A DNA stretch of 64,000 bases from Acanthaster planci (lineage: Eukaryota): positions 2,710,646-2,774,645 of the forward strand of contig NW_019091355.1 in the NCBI RefSeq assembly GCF_001949145.1. Direction: 5' to 3'. Positions 1-12,800 of the stretch are shown piece after piece; the stretch's first letter is position 1, and each line of letters opens with the position of its first letter. The notes under the pieces are model-generated. The model ran no database searches, was not told the DNA's origin, and saw only the letters and a program-made list of their open reading frames with translations. A program made the position numbers and the translations under genes.

Positions 1-14
1 TCCCTCTGTTGCAG

Positions 15-1235
15 CTGACACTAGGCACTTCTTGACAGTGAGAGAAATGTGTGTAGTCCTTCTAGCAATTCTGCTGCGCCTCTCACTAAATACCGATTGG
101 TTTCAAAGCTTCATTGGCCAGGTAAGATTTTTTAAACTGAAATAGAGTTAGGTTAATTGACCTGTATTTATCAATCAATTAGCATTTCCGTTACATTACC
201 GAACTGAGTGATATATCAAAACAGGGCTCGGTTTACTCCTTCTAATGCAAACTGAAACAAAACTAACGAAAAAAATGGCCTCATTTGTGGCATCCGATCA
301 CAAATATTCAAGCAAATTATTCAAAGTTAGGACTTACTCTTAATGAAAACCTGACCCTGTGCATGCACCACTGGGCCCATTGGCTATTTCTGAAACGGTC
401 TATTCATGGCCGCAGTGTGACTAAATAAAATTTCTTCAAAGCATTTCAGCGAGGGACCTTCACCTTTGTCATAATGATCAACTGAAATGATCCTGCAACT
501 TTGTCAGTTGTTGTACAGCTGCTCAGGTAATGACAAGGTGTCATCTCTGTTTCCAATTTCCTTGTTTTGCAGTCGGTAATCATTCCATTTATTGCACTGC
601 AAGTCATGTTCTTCTGTCTGAGTCCCCAGACTCAGGTGAGTCACAGTTTCTCTCGTTTGTTTTCCTAGGGAAGGGTCAGAAAAATCTAGTATGTCATTTT
701 GTAAAGACATGCTTGCATCTCATGTGTATGTGACAGGAGGACGTCAAAATGTTTGCCCCAAAGTAGAACCAGACACAAGATTGTGACAAGTGTTGTATGT
801 TGTATATCAAGTTATAGGAATGATAAATTGCCTTATTTGAATATTGTGCTGCCTGCCATGTAGAACTCGTGCAGACTCGAGAAACTCAAGGGTGAGCTCA
901 TTAATTTCATTAATCTTATCTTTTGAAACCTGGAAAGAAACATAGGGTCACCAATGAAAATGTATTTTGTACAGTTGCTTAAAACCAGTGGCCAGATTTG
1001 TGAGCTAAAGTGAGCTTTACTGCACAGTTTTTTTCCAATTTTCTTCTCCCAGCACCCGCCAAGTGGTCTTATAGTGAAACTTCTAAGCTTTGCAGCCGTT
1101 ATGAGCAACATACCCCAAGCCACCATCCAGAAGATTCAACTGGCCTTTTCCTTAGCAAACCAGTTCTGCCAAGATCTGGCATTCTACCTGTTTGCATTCA
1201 TCTTGACACATGAAATCGTGGAAGTTCTTTCGTGA
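15..1235 (+). CDS. CAMLG: 3' part of CAML/GET2 (calcium-modulating cyclophilin ligand; ER receptor for tail-anchored protein insertion). Last three coding exons; the 5' end lies upstream of the window.
   Basis: Exons 15-121, 573-635 and 1053-1235 have pyrimidine-tract AG acceptors, GTAAG/GTGAG donors and consistent phases; TGA at 1233-1235. Spliced translation ..DTRHFLTVREMCVVLLAILLRLSLNTDWFQSFIGQ|SVIIPFIALQVMFFCLSPQTQ|HPPSGLIVKLLSFAAVMSNIPQATIQKIQLAFSLANQFCQDLAFYLFAFILTHEIVEVLS* resembles the three-helix C-terminus of CAML as I recall it (..SIFAPFLTLQL..AALLLSGIP..DLCVYFFTFIFCHELL). Confidence 0.85.
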
Positions 1236-2135
1236 GGACAGCTATTTTGTTTCCCGTGGTGTTCATTCTTTTCTCATTCAGTTTGGTGTATTTTATATGT
1301 ATTTCTGACAGTGTTCCAAGGATTCTACAGCTTAGCAAAGATTCTCTTGAGCAAGGCCATTGACAGATATTTTAGACAACTCTTTGTACATTTATAAAAG
1401 TTTAGTGACTAAACTTGTTAATTTTCTCCGTTCCAAAAATTACTTTAATTTCTTTTACGGACTCCTCCCCCCCAAAAAAGTAGAAAAAAATGCTACGCGC
1501 TTCTTGTGGTGAAGTTGCTGTAAACCTGAAGTGTGCTGAAGATGGTGTCACTGTTTTGCTTATGAATGTGGAATTTTACATTTGGATAAAATCCCAAACA
1601 CTGTGAAATGTACTTTGGTTATGGCAATAAAGAGTGTGAACAATTAAGGCATATGGGCGTACATGTACATGCTAAGGGTGCCATTTACGGATTTTTTTGC
1701 GTGTTCCCTCCCGTGAAGTCGTAACAGCTTGTTCAAAAAAAAGAGAAAAGTTGTGCGTCGTTGTGTTAATGGCAATAAACATTGCAGTCAGTGGCATGAA
1801 ACTGTGTTTTACAAAATAAGTTTTTTATTCTTGGAGAGGTTGTTACTTTTTGGCAATTGTCAAAATTTGAAGAGACGGATGTCAAAAGATAGGGCTTTTG
1901 TTAGTCTCCAATTAAATAAAAGCCAAACAGGAATTACAAAAAAATATTTTTTCGTTAATTTAAACATTTTTTTTCTTTAATTAGGAAGATGTATCTAGTG
2001 ATATTGCGTGACAGAAAGTGGCCTTTTACTCAGCTTATTTATCATAAACCTCCGATTTCCTCTAAAAGCCACCTGGAGGGATTACAGAATATTGCCAGGA
2101 TTGGGTAGGCTAAGGCGGGGGCAAAAAACTCCATG

Positions 2136-3008
2136 GGCGGTGTCGGTCACTTTGCCCATTTACAACTTTGCCCATTTGCCATTTCACTCAATTACCACTT
2201 CGCCCGCGTGCCACTTTACCCACGCACCACTTCCCCCACGACCTTTGTCAAAGTTGAAAAGAGAGGCGGACACATTTGAACAAATACTCAACCCCTCTTG
2301 AATCCACCCTGAACGGCAGAAAAGATGAAAACATCAAATAACAATACTTAGATATGATTGATTGAGAAACTGTCGAGGCTTTCTTTGATGTAACCTGATG
2401 CAAAGTTTAGCTTTAGCGGGTGCGGCGTAGCGTAGAATGGCTAGGAGCCCGAACCACTCCATCCAGCGATGCGACAACGTAAAATACATGTACATATACA
2501 TTACGAGTTTTTGTACAACTCTACGGAGCTCTGGAAGTGCCGTCTGACTCGTTGAGATCCTATATATCAGATGTCAACATCCTGAGATAATTTATCGTAG
2601 GATGATGATATCCTGCGTTAATTTATCACTGGATCATAAAAGTTGGATGACGACATCCTAAGATATTTTATTTCAATGACTTAGTTTAAAGAATTAGAGT
2701 CGTCTTTACGCATGTAGGTACTTCTGTTTTTCACGAGGTCTCAGTGCACGCTGTTGGTAAACTTAGGAGTGTTGTAACAGAAACAGTGCTTTTGAAAATG
2801 TGTTTATTGTGTCTAAGGCTTGATTTATTGGTTATTGTATCCGTAATCTTGCACGCTAAAGGATGTGGAGATTTGTCGATTAATCACAGGCCTACTTACT
2901 TGTGAAATAAGCGAAATACTGTGTGAAAAGTGGCGTGTGTGGGCGAGGTGGCACGTGGTGAAGTGGTAAATGGGCAAAGTGGCAAATGGGCGAAGTAACT
3001 GTACGGCC
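2136..3008. mobile_element. Non-autonomous foldback-type DNA transposon with repetitive subterminal inverted arms
   Basis: The left arm (~2136-2240) is built of CACTTTGCCCATTT-like units. The right arm (~2922-3008) is its imperfect reverse complement (AAATGGGCAAAGTGG units). No internal ORF; short internal repeats at ~2570-2670. Confidence 0.65.
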
Positions 3009-3539
3009 GAGAGGGCCCAGCAACAAACACTTTCTAATGGAAGTTTGTGTTCCCTGGATTCTCAAGGACACATATGCTTTGGGTTTTACACACGTAAGAG
3101 TTTGGGGATTCAGGAAGAGTGTGCCAATTTTAAGGTTGGGGGTCGAAGCTGGGGTAGGGCCTACAGTTAAACAAACTGTCCTTGCGCCATGAGTTATTTA
3201 ATCTTTTTTTTGTGGCGTGCTCGATTTTCAAATCAACTTATTGTTATAGAGACGGCTATGTCTATTCCTCCATTTCGCTCCTCGGGGTGTGCACTGTATA
3301 AACGGGGAATATTGAATGATTGTATGCATTTTCTTCTACCTCAAGGCAAGATTACAAACCTTAGAATCCCAGTTAGAATTAGCCATCGACTCAGCGGCCC
3401 AAGTTAGTGGTGCAGTGGGGACAGACAGGTTACCTTGAAAGAGCCAACACTGTACTTTCTACTGCCTTTTTAAGGGCCGAGGATTCATTTAAGAATGAAA
3501 GAATTTGAAAAGTAATTGAAAAAAATAACCCAATCCCAC

Positions 3540-3813
3540 CCCACCCGACCTGGGTACGCCAATGGCCCGAGAGGTGGGGGCGGGGCTCTTGCACCCCTCT
3601 CCCCCGCCCGGGCCGGCTCTGCGCGCGGCCAGGCTCTCGCTTGCAATTACAGCGCCACCAATCCAACATGCTCGTTTATGACGTGGCGCAGCCATATTTG
3701 TCATAGACAGAAGCTCGTTCGTGAGATACGTACTCGTACTGCAAATTACCGTATTTTTAATCGTTCATCATCGATTCTATGTCGAGGTTTTATCTATAGG
3801 TAGTATATCCAAA
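3540..3813 (+). promoter_or_regulatory. CpG-rich promoter/5' UTR region of TM9SF3
   Basis: Locally high GC/CpG immediately upstream of the ATG at 3814, with a GC box (GGGGCGGGG ~3577-3585), CCAAT (~3559, ~3658) and a YY1-like GCCATATT (~3691). Confidence 0.6.
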
Positions 3814-6800
3814 ATGTGGAGAGGAATCTTACGGTTATCCTGTGTACTTTCTGCCGTGTTCCTGACTGTAAAAGCAGATGAACACACCCATACAGTAAGT
3901 TGTTTTTCGGGGGTTGTAACGTTACACGTACCGGTGTCGCTGGTGGATGGCGAGTGTTATAACTTCGACATGTTCGACCTATCTTTTAAATACTTGAGCC
4001 TGGGCAAACTTAAACGATATCCCAGTACAGCGATTTGCATCAGCTAATGTGTTTTATTCAGTGATGAAGGAGAACGGGATCATTAACCCAAACCACCGCA
4101 GCCAAACAGCTACACAAATAATGGCAGTCATCAATCGTGTCGCTTAGCTAGCAATCATGCTGAGCCTAGTTAGTCATGCTACTTGTTACTATTATTAGTA
4201 AGGTTGAAACGGTTCTCAAAAATTCCAAGGAATCACCAAAAATACCTCTTTCACCACCTACTGGCTTCCATAAATGCCAACGTAAAACGGTTGGGGCTTC
4301 AATGATATTTCTGACTTCAAAATCTGTCAAAATCTGACCGTTTTCGCTCAACACACGTACAACACTCGAACATTTCACTGCCTGCTCCATTCAGATGCAC
4401 GGACCGAGATTTAGCATCTGCAATAACTCTATGGGTGAACATGGTCCTCTCAGAAACATGCATGAGTGGCCTATACGTGGTCTGGGCACAAAGACTTGTT
4501 GATCGTGACGGTTGGGAGAGCCAGTGACTGTTTGCGACTATGGGTGAACATGGTCCTCTAACGAAACTGCAGGAGAGGCGCAAATGTAGTCGGGGCACAA
4601 GACATATTGACCAGGAAACAGTCATTGGTAGCACTCCCAACGGTCACGATCAACAAGTCTTGTGCCCAGACCACGTATAGGCCACTGATGCGTGTTTCTG
4701 GGAGCACCATGTTTCGCCCATAGAGTTATTCCGAATTCTAAATCTCGATACGCGCATTTGAAAGGTCCAGGCAGCGAAAATATCAGGTGCTGTGCACTTA
4801 ATCTAAATATAGGCCTGGTAGAGATTCAAGTGCATGTCTAGATCAGCCCTAGCTCGTAGCTTGGAAACCGAGATGTAATGTGGTAATAAGCAGATAAAGA
4901 ACCATTTTATGGGGAAATTCGACATTTAACACTGTTGCTGCGCAGGTAGCAATTTTAAAATGAAATGGACCATACTTTTCTGTTTTAAAATGAATCCTCA
5001 TGAAATTCGACATACAACAAAAGGGGAAGGTTTGAATTTTTTCCAGTAGACCCCCATACTCGTACGTCTGCCTATTTCTTCATTAATTACCATCAAGTCT
5101 GCATTCCAGATTGAAAAACAATGAGCAGTCCTTACTTTTAGGACTTCCTTTTCTTTCACTCAATTTTGTAACTTCTTCTATGACGTGTCACTGGTATAAA
5201 TGGAATGCTGTGTATTAGTGTAAAATCTCATTCAATTTTATGGAGATGCAGAGAAGAACCATCACAAGGCTGAACGTGTTCATTCTATTGTATTTGTCAT
5301 GGCAGTACACAACGAAAGAGGAAGTAGTGTTATGGATGAACACCGTGGGTCCGTACCACAACAGACAGGAGACCTACGGCTTCTTCTCCTTGCCATTCTG
5401 CCGCGGGCCTAAAAAAGACATCAGCCATTACCACGAGACTTTGGGAGAAGCCCTGCAAGGAACCGAGCTCGAATTCAGCGGGCTGGACATAGATTTTGCA
5501 AGTATGAGACAGATTTTCTTTAGAGAAGTTTTTTGTTCATTTTCTTGTGAACAGACACCGACCTGTAAGCCGCCAGATTTTCAAGCAGTGACCAGAACTC
5601 GATGTACATAATGAGAATTGCAATGCACATGCTTAATGCTTTAGCAGGCAGGTAGAACATTTTCAAAACCTTGTTACAGCCCCTTTCATTTTTAACCCTA
5701 ACTGCTAAGCATATCGTTTGGCTTACACTACACAGTACTACAAAATACTAAGTAACACTCAGAGCCTAAAGGACCTAGCACTACAGATTACTACTTCTGG
5801 CTAGGTTACTTCCATCGTTACTCGTACAGAGAACAATAAAGCCATGCATTCATAGTGCCACAGCACTGTATGGTACATTGTCTTTTCTATTTTATCTTAT
5901 GGCTTTAGAGAATAATAAGGTCACGTCCTCTTACAAGTGAAAGGACTGAATAGTACATTTTACTACAACTAGTAATTCTTAGTACTGTGTAGGGTTAGGG
6001 TTAAGATACCATTTGACCATCCCTGTAACCTCAAACGGTAGTACTGTTCAGAAACCTGGGTAGAAATGGGTATTGGTTCAAATCCAGTTGGAGCAACCCA
6101 GAGCAAAATCAATCCGGAGTAAACATCGTGAAGCCACAATCATCCACATTCTTGACTTTGTTCGTATTATTTATCCTTCTTAAATCTCAGACAAGAAAAG
6201 GCACAGACGTGAAAACACAATTTATGATTAAACCAACATCACCATCGGTTCTTCTCAGAACCACACACTCATAAAAGAGATATTTTTCTCGTACATGGTG
6301 CAACTGGAAGCCTAACCTAATTTGGTACTTCCACTATGCAGAGCTCCAAGTCTTCTCCAACATCATTTTCAATCTTTGCCTCTTGTCCCACGGCGTGTCA
6401 GGAAATTACACTCATATACGTGTGCACATTGTGAATGTGTGATCTGGGCATCCACATATGGTGCATTTTGGGGGAGGTTGACACGTGTCTGGGTCTTGTA
6501 TACTGCACCATTGATTGGTTTGCTGAGGCAGCACATGTGGCTGTTCTCCCAACGTAGAATAAACGTGCAGGACTTACATGCACACCACAGTGCATTGCAT
6601 GCAAACTGTTAATTTTTATCAGTACTGGGTTGGCCAAGTGTATACTTTTGCACATGTACTGTACGTGTGACCCAAAGCCATAAATGACTTCTACATGTAA
6701 CTTGTCCTCAGTGGTAGTTCAACCATAACAGTCCCAAATCCTCCAATTTCGGTACGATTTTTACCTACACCCTAGCGGGTTAGGGATTTATTTGAACAAT

Positions 6801-9800
6801 TGTGTGAAAGTAAGCAGTGAAGCCTCATTCACTGGGTACATTTGTCAAGAGGTGTTTACAGGAACCTCTGCAAATCCTCCACTGAGCAGGAAACCAATGA
6901 CACATTCTTTGCGTTTTGATCAACCCTAACCCCAAGGGTGAATGTAAAAATCATGGTGAAATCGGAGGATTGAGGACTGTCAGGCTAATGGGGGAATCAG
7001 ATCTTGTGTGAAGCAGTTATGGGGACATACGAGAGTGTGTCTTTTTCATGCTCAAAATTCTCCAAGTGTCTAAGATTTTGAAGGGTTTTGGAGGTTTGGG
7101 ATCAAAGAAGGCTGTCCTGTAAAATCAAAGTCTCCCAAAGTCACGTGTATGGATCAAATATTGACGAATACACGTGCATCAGTTCTTGTGTGTTTGGATA
7201 CTTGTATTTGTGGGACACATGTACTGAAAAAGTTCACTTCAGTGAAAAAGGAGCAAGGGGCCTGTTTTTATCTGATGTTTTATTTAAAAGTTTTAAGTGA
7301 CTTTGTGAAATCTCTTCTGGTTGAAACTTTGATCTTTGTTAAGTGGTACAGTGTAGTGGTGAAATGCAAAGAAACTCTAAAAGATGCTAGTTGAGTTCAC
7401 CTGTTTCGTTTCCTAGTGACCTTGTCAAGTCATTGGCGCTTTGAGAGGAATGACACCAGCATTATAGTTGCCGGAAAAAAAGGTCTTTTCTAGTTATTTT
7501 ATGGGTAGAGATTTCAAATTGCTCCGTCTTGATTTGATTCTAGCCAACGTGCCACAGACCAAGTACTGTGAGGTGGAGCTGACAGAAGATTCGCACAAAG
7601 CCTTTGTCTACGCTGTAAAGAACCACTACTGGTATCAGATGTACATTGACGACCTGCCAATCTGGGGTGAGTGAGTCGGAAGAAACATGTCTTGATCTTC
7701 CTGGAGCTAGAGAGATGTGACATGGAGTGTCTCAATTGTCGGAACCAAAATGGTGGACTATGGACACATAATGAACAGCCATTTTGGTACCAGAGCCTGA
7801 ATTTGCCGCCACTGTCTCTCTACGCAGCTCTGGACTTTGTGTGAATGGGGAAGGTTAGGGCCAGCAACCCTTGGGGGGTTAGGGTTAAACCCAAATCATG
7901 TTGTGTTACACGTGAACACAGCCTCCTGGCTATTGTCTTGTGCAGTCTCAAGTTTAGATTCAAAACTACTCAGTGTCAATTTCCAGGTATCGTCGGTGAA
8001 TCGGAGGAGGCCTCTGAGAAGGTTTCTGACTACTACATCTGGACGCACAAAAAGCTGGACATTGGCTACAACCTCAACCAGATAGTGGACGTGAACCTGA
8101 CCAGCGAGACCAAGGTCAAACTAGAGAAAGGAGTCAAAGTACCTTTCTCCTACGAGGTAAGCCTGTAACTTTCCCTCTCTCCGTATCCCTTGTTATAACT
8201 CCTAAACATTCAAGTAAAGTCTCCTCCATTTGCTTCCAGCCCAAATACAGATAGCCACATTTATGTTTAGTTGGAGCAGATTTCTTACTTAGTGTTTTAT
8301 TTATGTTTAGCTACGTTGGTTTCTACAAGCTTTAGCAGCTCTACATTGGGTTGTTTTCCTCCTCTGCCCCCGCCCCCCTTCACAATGGCCACACCTCGAC
8401 CCCAATCCCAAACACTAGGAAATTCTTAATCCTGTGCTATGAAGTTAGCTGCCATCTTGTGCTGTGTTAAAATTTAAAAGAATCAGGGTTTTTGTTTAAT
8501 CTACCTCAAATAAGCTTTTCATGTAACTGAGTCTAGTTTGCTGGTTAATTAACCCTAACCTTCCCTAACCACACAGAATTGAACACCAGTAAAGCGTATG
8601 AATTTGTGGCACTGGGTACTGTACCCCTAAACTGCTTGTGCTTGAACATGGGTTCAGGCATACCCAAAATAAACAGAGTCCAATAGTTTTGGGGCACAGT
8701 TTACCATATGGTGTTGGAATTTGTGTGAATGGGTATGGTTCCTAGTAAATCACTCTGGGGAGTTAGGGTTAAGATGGATACAGGTTGGGCAGGGCAAAAT
8801 AAATCCAAAATTAAACTAATATGGCCATCTTTGGCTGTAGGCGGTGTTTAAAATGATTAATTTCTCCTTTGGCTGTAGGTCAATTGGAAGAAATCGTCAG
8901 TGAACTTCAAGAAGCGCTTTGATAAATACCTGGACCCCAATTTCTTCAACCACAGGGTGAGTGCTGTTCAATCAAGTTTCGCTGTGTGAAAATTCTCAAA
9001 GTTATTGTTCATTTCAACAGTGTACAGATTCAGCTTGTGGTAGAAGCCACATGCTTTCCCAGAGGTTTTTTACCAAATTTCTATGCATTCTTCTGTTAAC
9101 CTTCCTATGCTAAGATGCATTCTTGACACAGTTGTCAAATCAGTTAAATTTCCCATACGTGTCTGTGTACTGGGGGAAATCAATTGGAAGGCATTTTTGA
9201 CTGTTTTTGACGGTTAAAACAGAAGGAGGGTTAATGTAACATTTGTCTGCCTCTTTTTCACAGATTCATTGGTTCTCAATTTTCAATTCCTTCATGATGG
9301 TCATCTTCCTCGTGGGTCTTGTCTCCATGATTCTTATGAGGACACTGCGCAAGGACTATGCCAGATACAGCAAAGACGACGACCTTGATGACATGGTATG
9401 ACACACTGCACACTGTCCATATGCGGCCTTGAGAAAAGGACACTGTTAGGCTAAGTTTTATATTTGGGGCAACAATCTCAGAACACGGTCTTTAGTTTCC
9501 AAAAAGCGGTTAATTTATGGAAATTGCCTGCCAAACAAATGAAAAACAGATGTCAAATTCAGTGATATTTCCATGCCATATCACATAGGTAAGGCGTAAC
9601 TGGGACACGCAACTGTCACACTTTTGGACTGGGTACGGTCTGCCAGTCACATATATTTAACCCCAGTATGGATCTTCGCCTGTGCGCCTGAAGAGCAAAA
9701 GTAACCACTTACACATGATGCAGAACAGGAAACCAATAAGAACTCACTCCCAATCATGAATATGTATGAGGTAATGGTAAGGTCTTGCTTCACCGATTTT

Positions 9801-12800
9801 TGACCCCAGGAGCGTGATCTCGGTGATGAGTATGGCTGGAAACAAGTTCACGGTGATGTCTTCAGGCCCGCTTCCCACCCCATGGTGTTCTCGGCTCTGA
9901 TCGGAAGCGGTTATCACCTGGCCACCGTAGCTCTCGCAGTCATCGTCCTGACGCTCTGGGGCCATCTATATACAGAGTGAGTGACGTCCCACATCCAATT
10001 AATAATTTGCCAGAAGGGTCTTTTCTCGTAATACCCACAAGTGAGGAATTTTTCAAAAATGCAGTGCGTCCAGTTATGTCGCATAACAAAACATCTCACT
10101 GAGCTCTCTCTAATGCAAACTGAAATGAAATGACAAAGAAAAATAGCCGTAGGACTCTCTTTTGTGGGATCTGGTCTAATGGTGAATTGCATGCGAGAAT
10201 TCAATCTGTAGTAAGATTGCCAGTGTGCAGTGAGAAAGGCTGTGAAGGCAACTGCAAAAAGGCTGATACAGACATTTCAGCCTCTGGAGCAGTGAAAGTC
10301 CGGAAAGTTTTCAGAGGGCCAACAGTCAGAGGGGTACAAAAGTAAACATCACTTCACCCGAATGAGGATTGTGTCAGGAGACCAGTCTCTGTTACCCAAC
10401 ACTTGTTTGATTGTTTGCAGTCGAGGGTCCATCCTGAGCACCAGCATCTTTGTCTATGCTGCATCTGCTCCAGTCAATGGCTACTTTGGCGGCGGCCTCT
10501 ACTCAAGGATGGGAGGTAGGCAGTCACACGGTCGTTGCAGGCCAAGTTCGATCAGAGACCATGTATAGACCCCCGGTCAATTCCCCCGGCAATCGATGTA
10601 CAGAATATATCCTGGGCATCGGGCACAATTGAACAAAGCCGTAGTGTAATTGAAGATTTATCCACGTGAAAATTGTTTGTGTGTCTGTATCCGCCCCGAG
10701 CTGAAGTGCACCCCCAATCGGCGAAAGAAAGAGAGATGGTTACAAGCGGGTTTCTGCGTGTACGCTAAGACCATACATGCCACAGTAAATTAGTTACGCG
10801 CACTCAGCGTGCTCCATGTCAAACTCACATTGTACTTGCGCGCCTCATGGCGCACTTATGCGGGGAGTACCCAAAAAACAAACCCTTTTTTGTTCCGCTC
10901 AGAGCGGATCGGCTTCCCTTCTGTACAAACTGAAAGGTTGAACTCTTTGCTATAAACTTATCCAATTAGTCGTGCTAGAGATGGGCTGAATAAAACGAAC
11001 CTCAAGTTCTGGAACACAAGGTGATCTGGTTGTGGGCATGCGTTGGACCCCCCACCACGGTTGTTATCTGCATCGCTTGAATATGCTTGAAAGTTCAAAG
11101 GTGGTTAAACTTGAATCTTTAGTCGTAGGTCTCTTGGCAACCCAGATTGCTGCGCTTGGTCGGTGGTCTTTTGTTCCCATCAAATTTCAACTTTTTCACT
11201 CTTGATCAGGCAAAGTGTGGATCAAGCAGATGCTGCTGAGTGCCTTCCTGTTGCCTTTCCTCGTCTGTGGCACGGCTTTCTTCATCAACTTCATCGCCAT
11301 CTACTACCATGCGTCCAGAGCCATACCCTTTGGGACCATGGTAAGTCTGTGATCCGCTTTAAAACATACAGTATCGGTTTATTCAGAGGGCGAACCTGGC
11401 TCTGCCTGGTCCAAGGTGCCGAAGTCATAACAAGGTAGGCAAACGTAGATGTGACCAGAACAGATCCCCACCATTCTGCTTCGCTCTGTCCCCTCCCTTT
11501 GAGACAAAGGGAGGGGACAGGTTAAGTCTTCATCCTGGCACCGCTAGCCTTGCTTTATCCACCGAGATTTCATGAACAAACAACGGCCTGTGGGGGACGA
11601 AGGCTACAAGACTGTAAAGACCAGATAGATAAGTAGACAGTTCTGCCGCAGTTGACTTACAAGCTCAGCCATCTCATCTCCTCGGGCAGTAAACAACCCA
11701 TCTGTGACTTTTTTTTTCCCAAGAATGGTCATGTGAAACTCAAAGAAACATACAAACATGTTATGTTTCCCCCGACAGGTGGCAGTGACGTGTATCTGCC
11801 TGTTTGTCATCCTTCCTCTCACCCTAGTCGGTACCATAGTCGGCAGGGCTTTGGCCGGCCAGCCCAACTTCCCCTGTCGGGTGAACGCCGTACCGAGGCC
11901 CATCCCCGAGAAGAAGTGGTTCATGGAGCCGGCGGTGATCGTCATGCTTGGAGGGGTGCTACCATTTGGCTCCATCTTCATCGAAATGTGAGTATGAGAA
12001 GGGATAGAGGCCGAAAGAAAAAAATGGTTGTGTTTCCAATCAGCCATCTCACCTAGACAGCTATGCAGAACCTGCGTATAGAAACTTTGAGTGCCACCTG
12101 TAGAGCCCAAATTTTAGAAGTTTGGAATTGGTTTCATTTCATTTTTGAATTGGTCTCCCTCCTAAATTTACGCATTCTTCAACTCCTGAACTAGTAAAAA
12201 AAAAAAAGGAATGTTTCCCCTGACAAGTTGCAATTAATGTGTTTTTAGTAAGGGTCAAGATGGGTTTCCATAAACCGAAGGACAAAAAATAAGCATTGTT
12301 GGGGGTCAAAGGTCAAGGTCACAATGAATATAAATGGACCTAAAGTGGTGTTTGAAGTGCGTCACGTAAGCGACTTGCAGGTGGTATCTGCTTTTTGTGT
12401 AACTTTGCCCCCCTCCCCCCCCCGTCACAGGTATTTTATCTTCACCTCCTTCTGGGCCTACAAGATCTACTACGTCTTTGGCTTCATGCTACTCGTCTTC
12501 TTCATCTTGGCGGTGGTCACAATATGCGTCACCATCGTCTGCACATACTTCCTCCTGAACGCGGAGGACTACCGCTGGCAGTGGACGAGTTTCCTCGCGG
12601 CGGCATCCACGGCGCTATACGTCTATTTCTACTCCTTCTACTACTTCTTGTTTAAAACAAAGTGAGTCCAGGCAATTGAATCCTCTCTTTTTGAAGTTGT
12701 TAGTTTCAATTTGGAATTTGCCCATTAAAGTGCTGAGAGTAAGTCAACATCGGGGGGCAAACAGTTTATGAGAAACAAGGGAGAGTACAGCGATTTTATT

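Noticed and set aside
504..1126. Minus-strand ORFs 504-710 and 833-1126
   Set aside because: Antisense to CAMLG exons and introns, with no recognisable protein features.
3430..3704. Divergent minus-strand gene from the TM9SF3 promoter (MAAPRHK ORF, donor-like site ~3434)
   Set aside because: No downstream exons or protein similarity were found; the ATGGC context is explained by a YY1-like promoter motif.
4061..4163. Box C/D snoRNA candidate (GTGATGA...CTGA) in TM9SF3 intron 1; a similar box C at ~18077
   Set aside because: No terminal stem or recognisable rRNA-complementary guide; the second candidate lacks a suitably placed box D.
5692..8772. TAACCCTAAC as a telomerase RNA template or interstitial telomere
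   Set aside because: The motifs occur mostly as single units in inverted pairs with TTAA flanks, fitting transposon ends. There is no tandem array and no pseudoknot or H/ACA context was seen.
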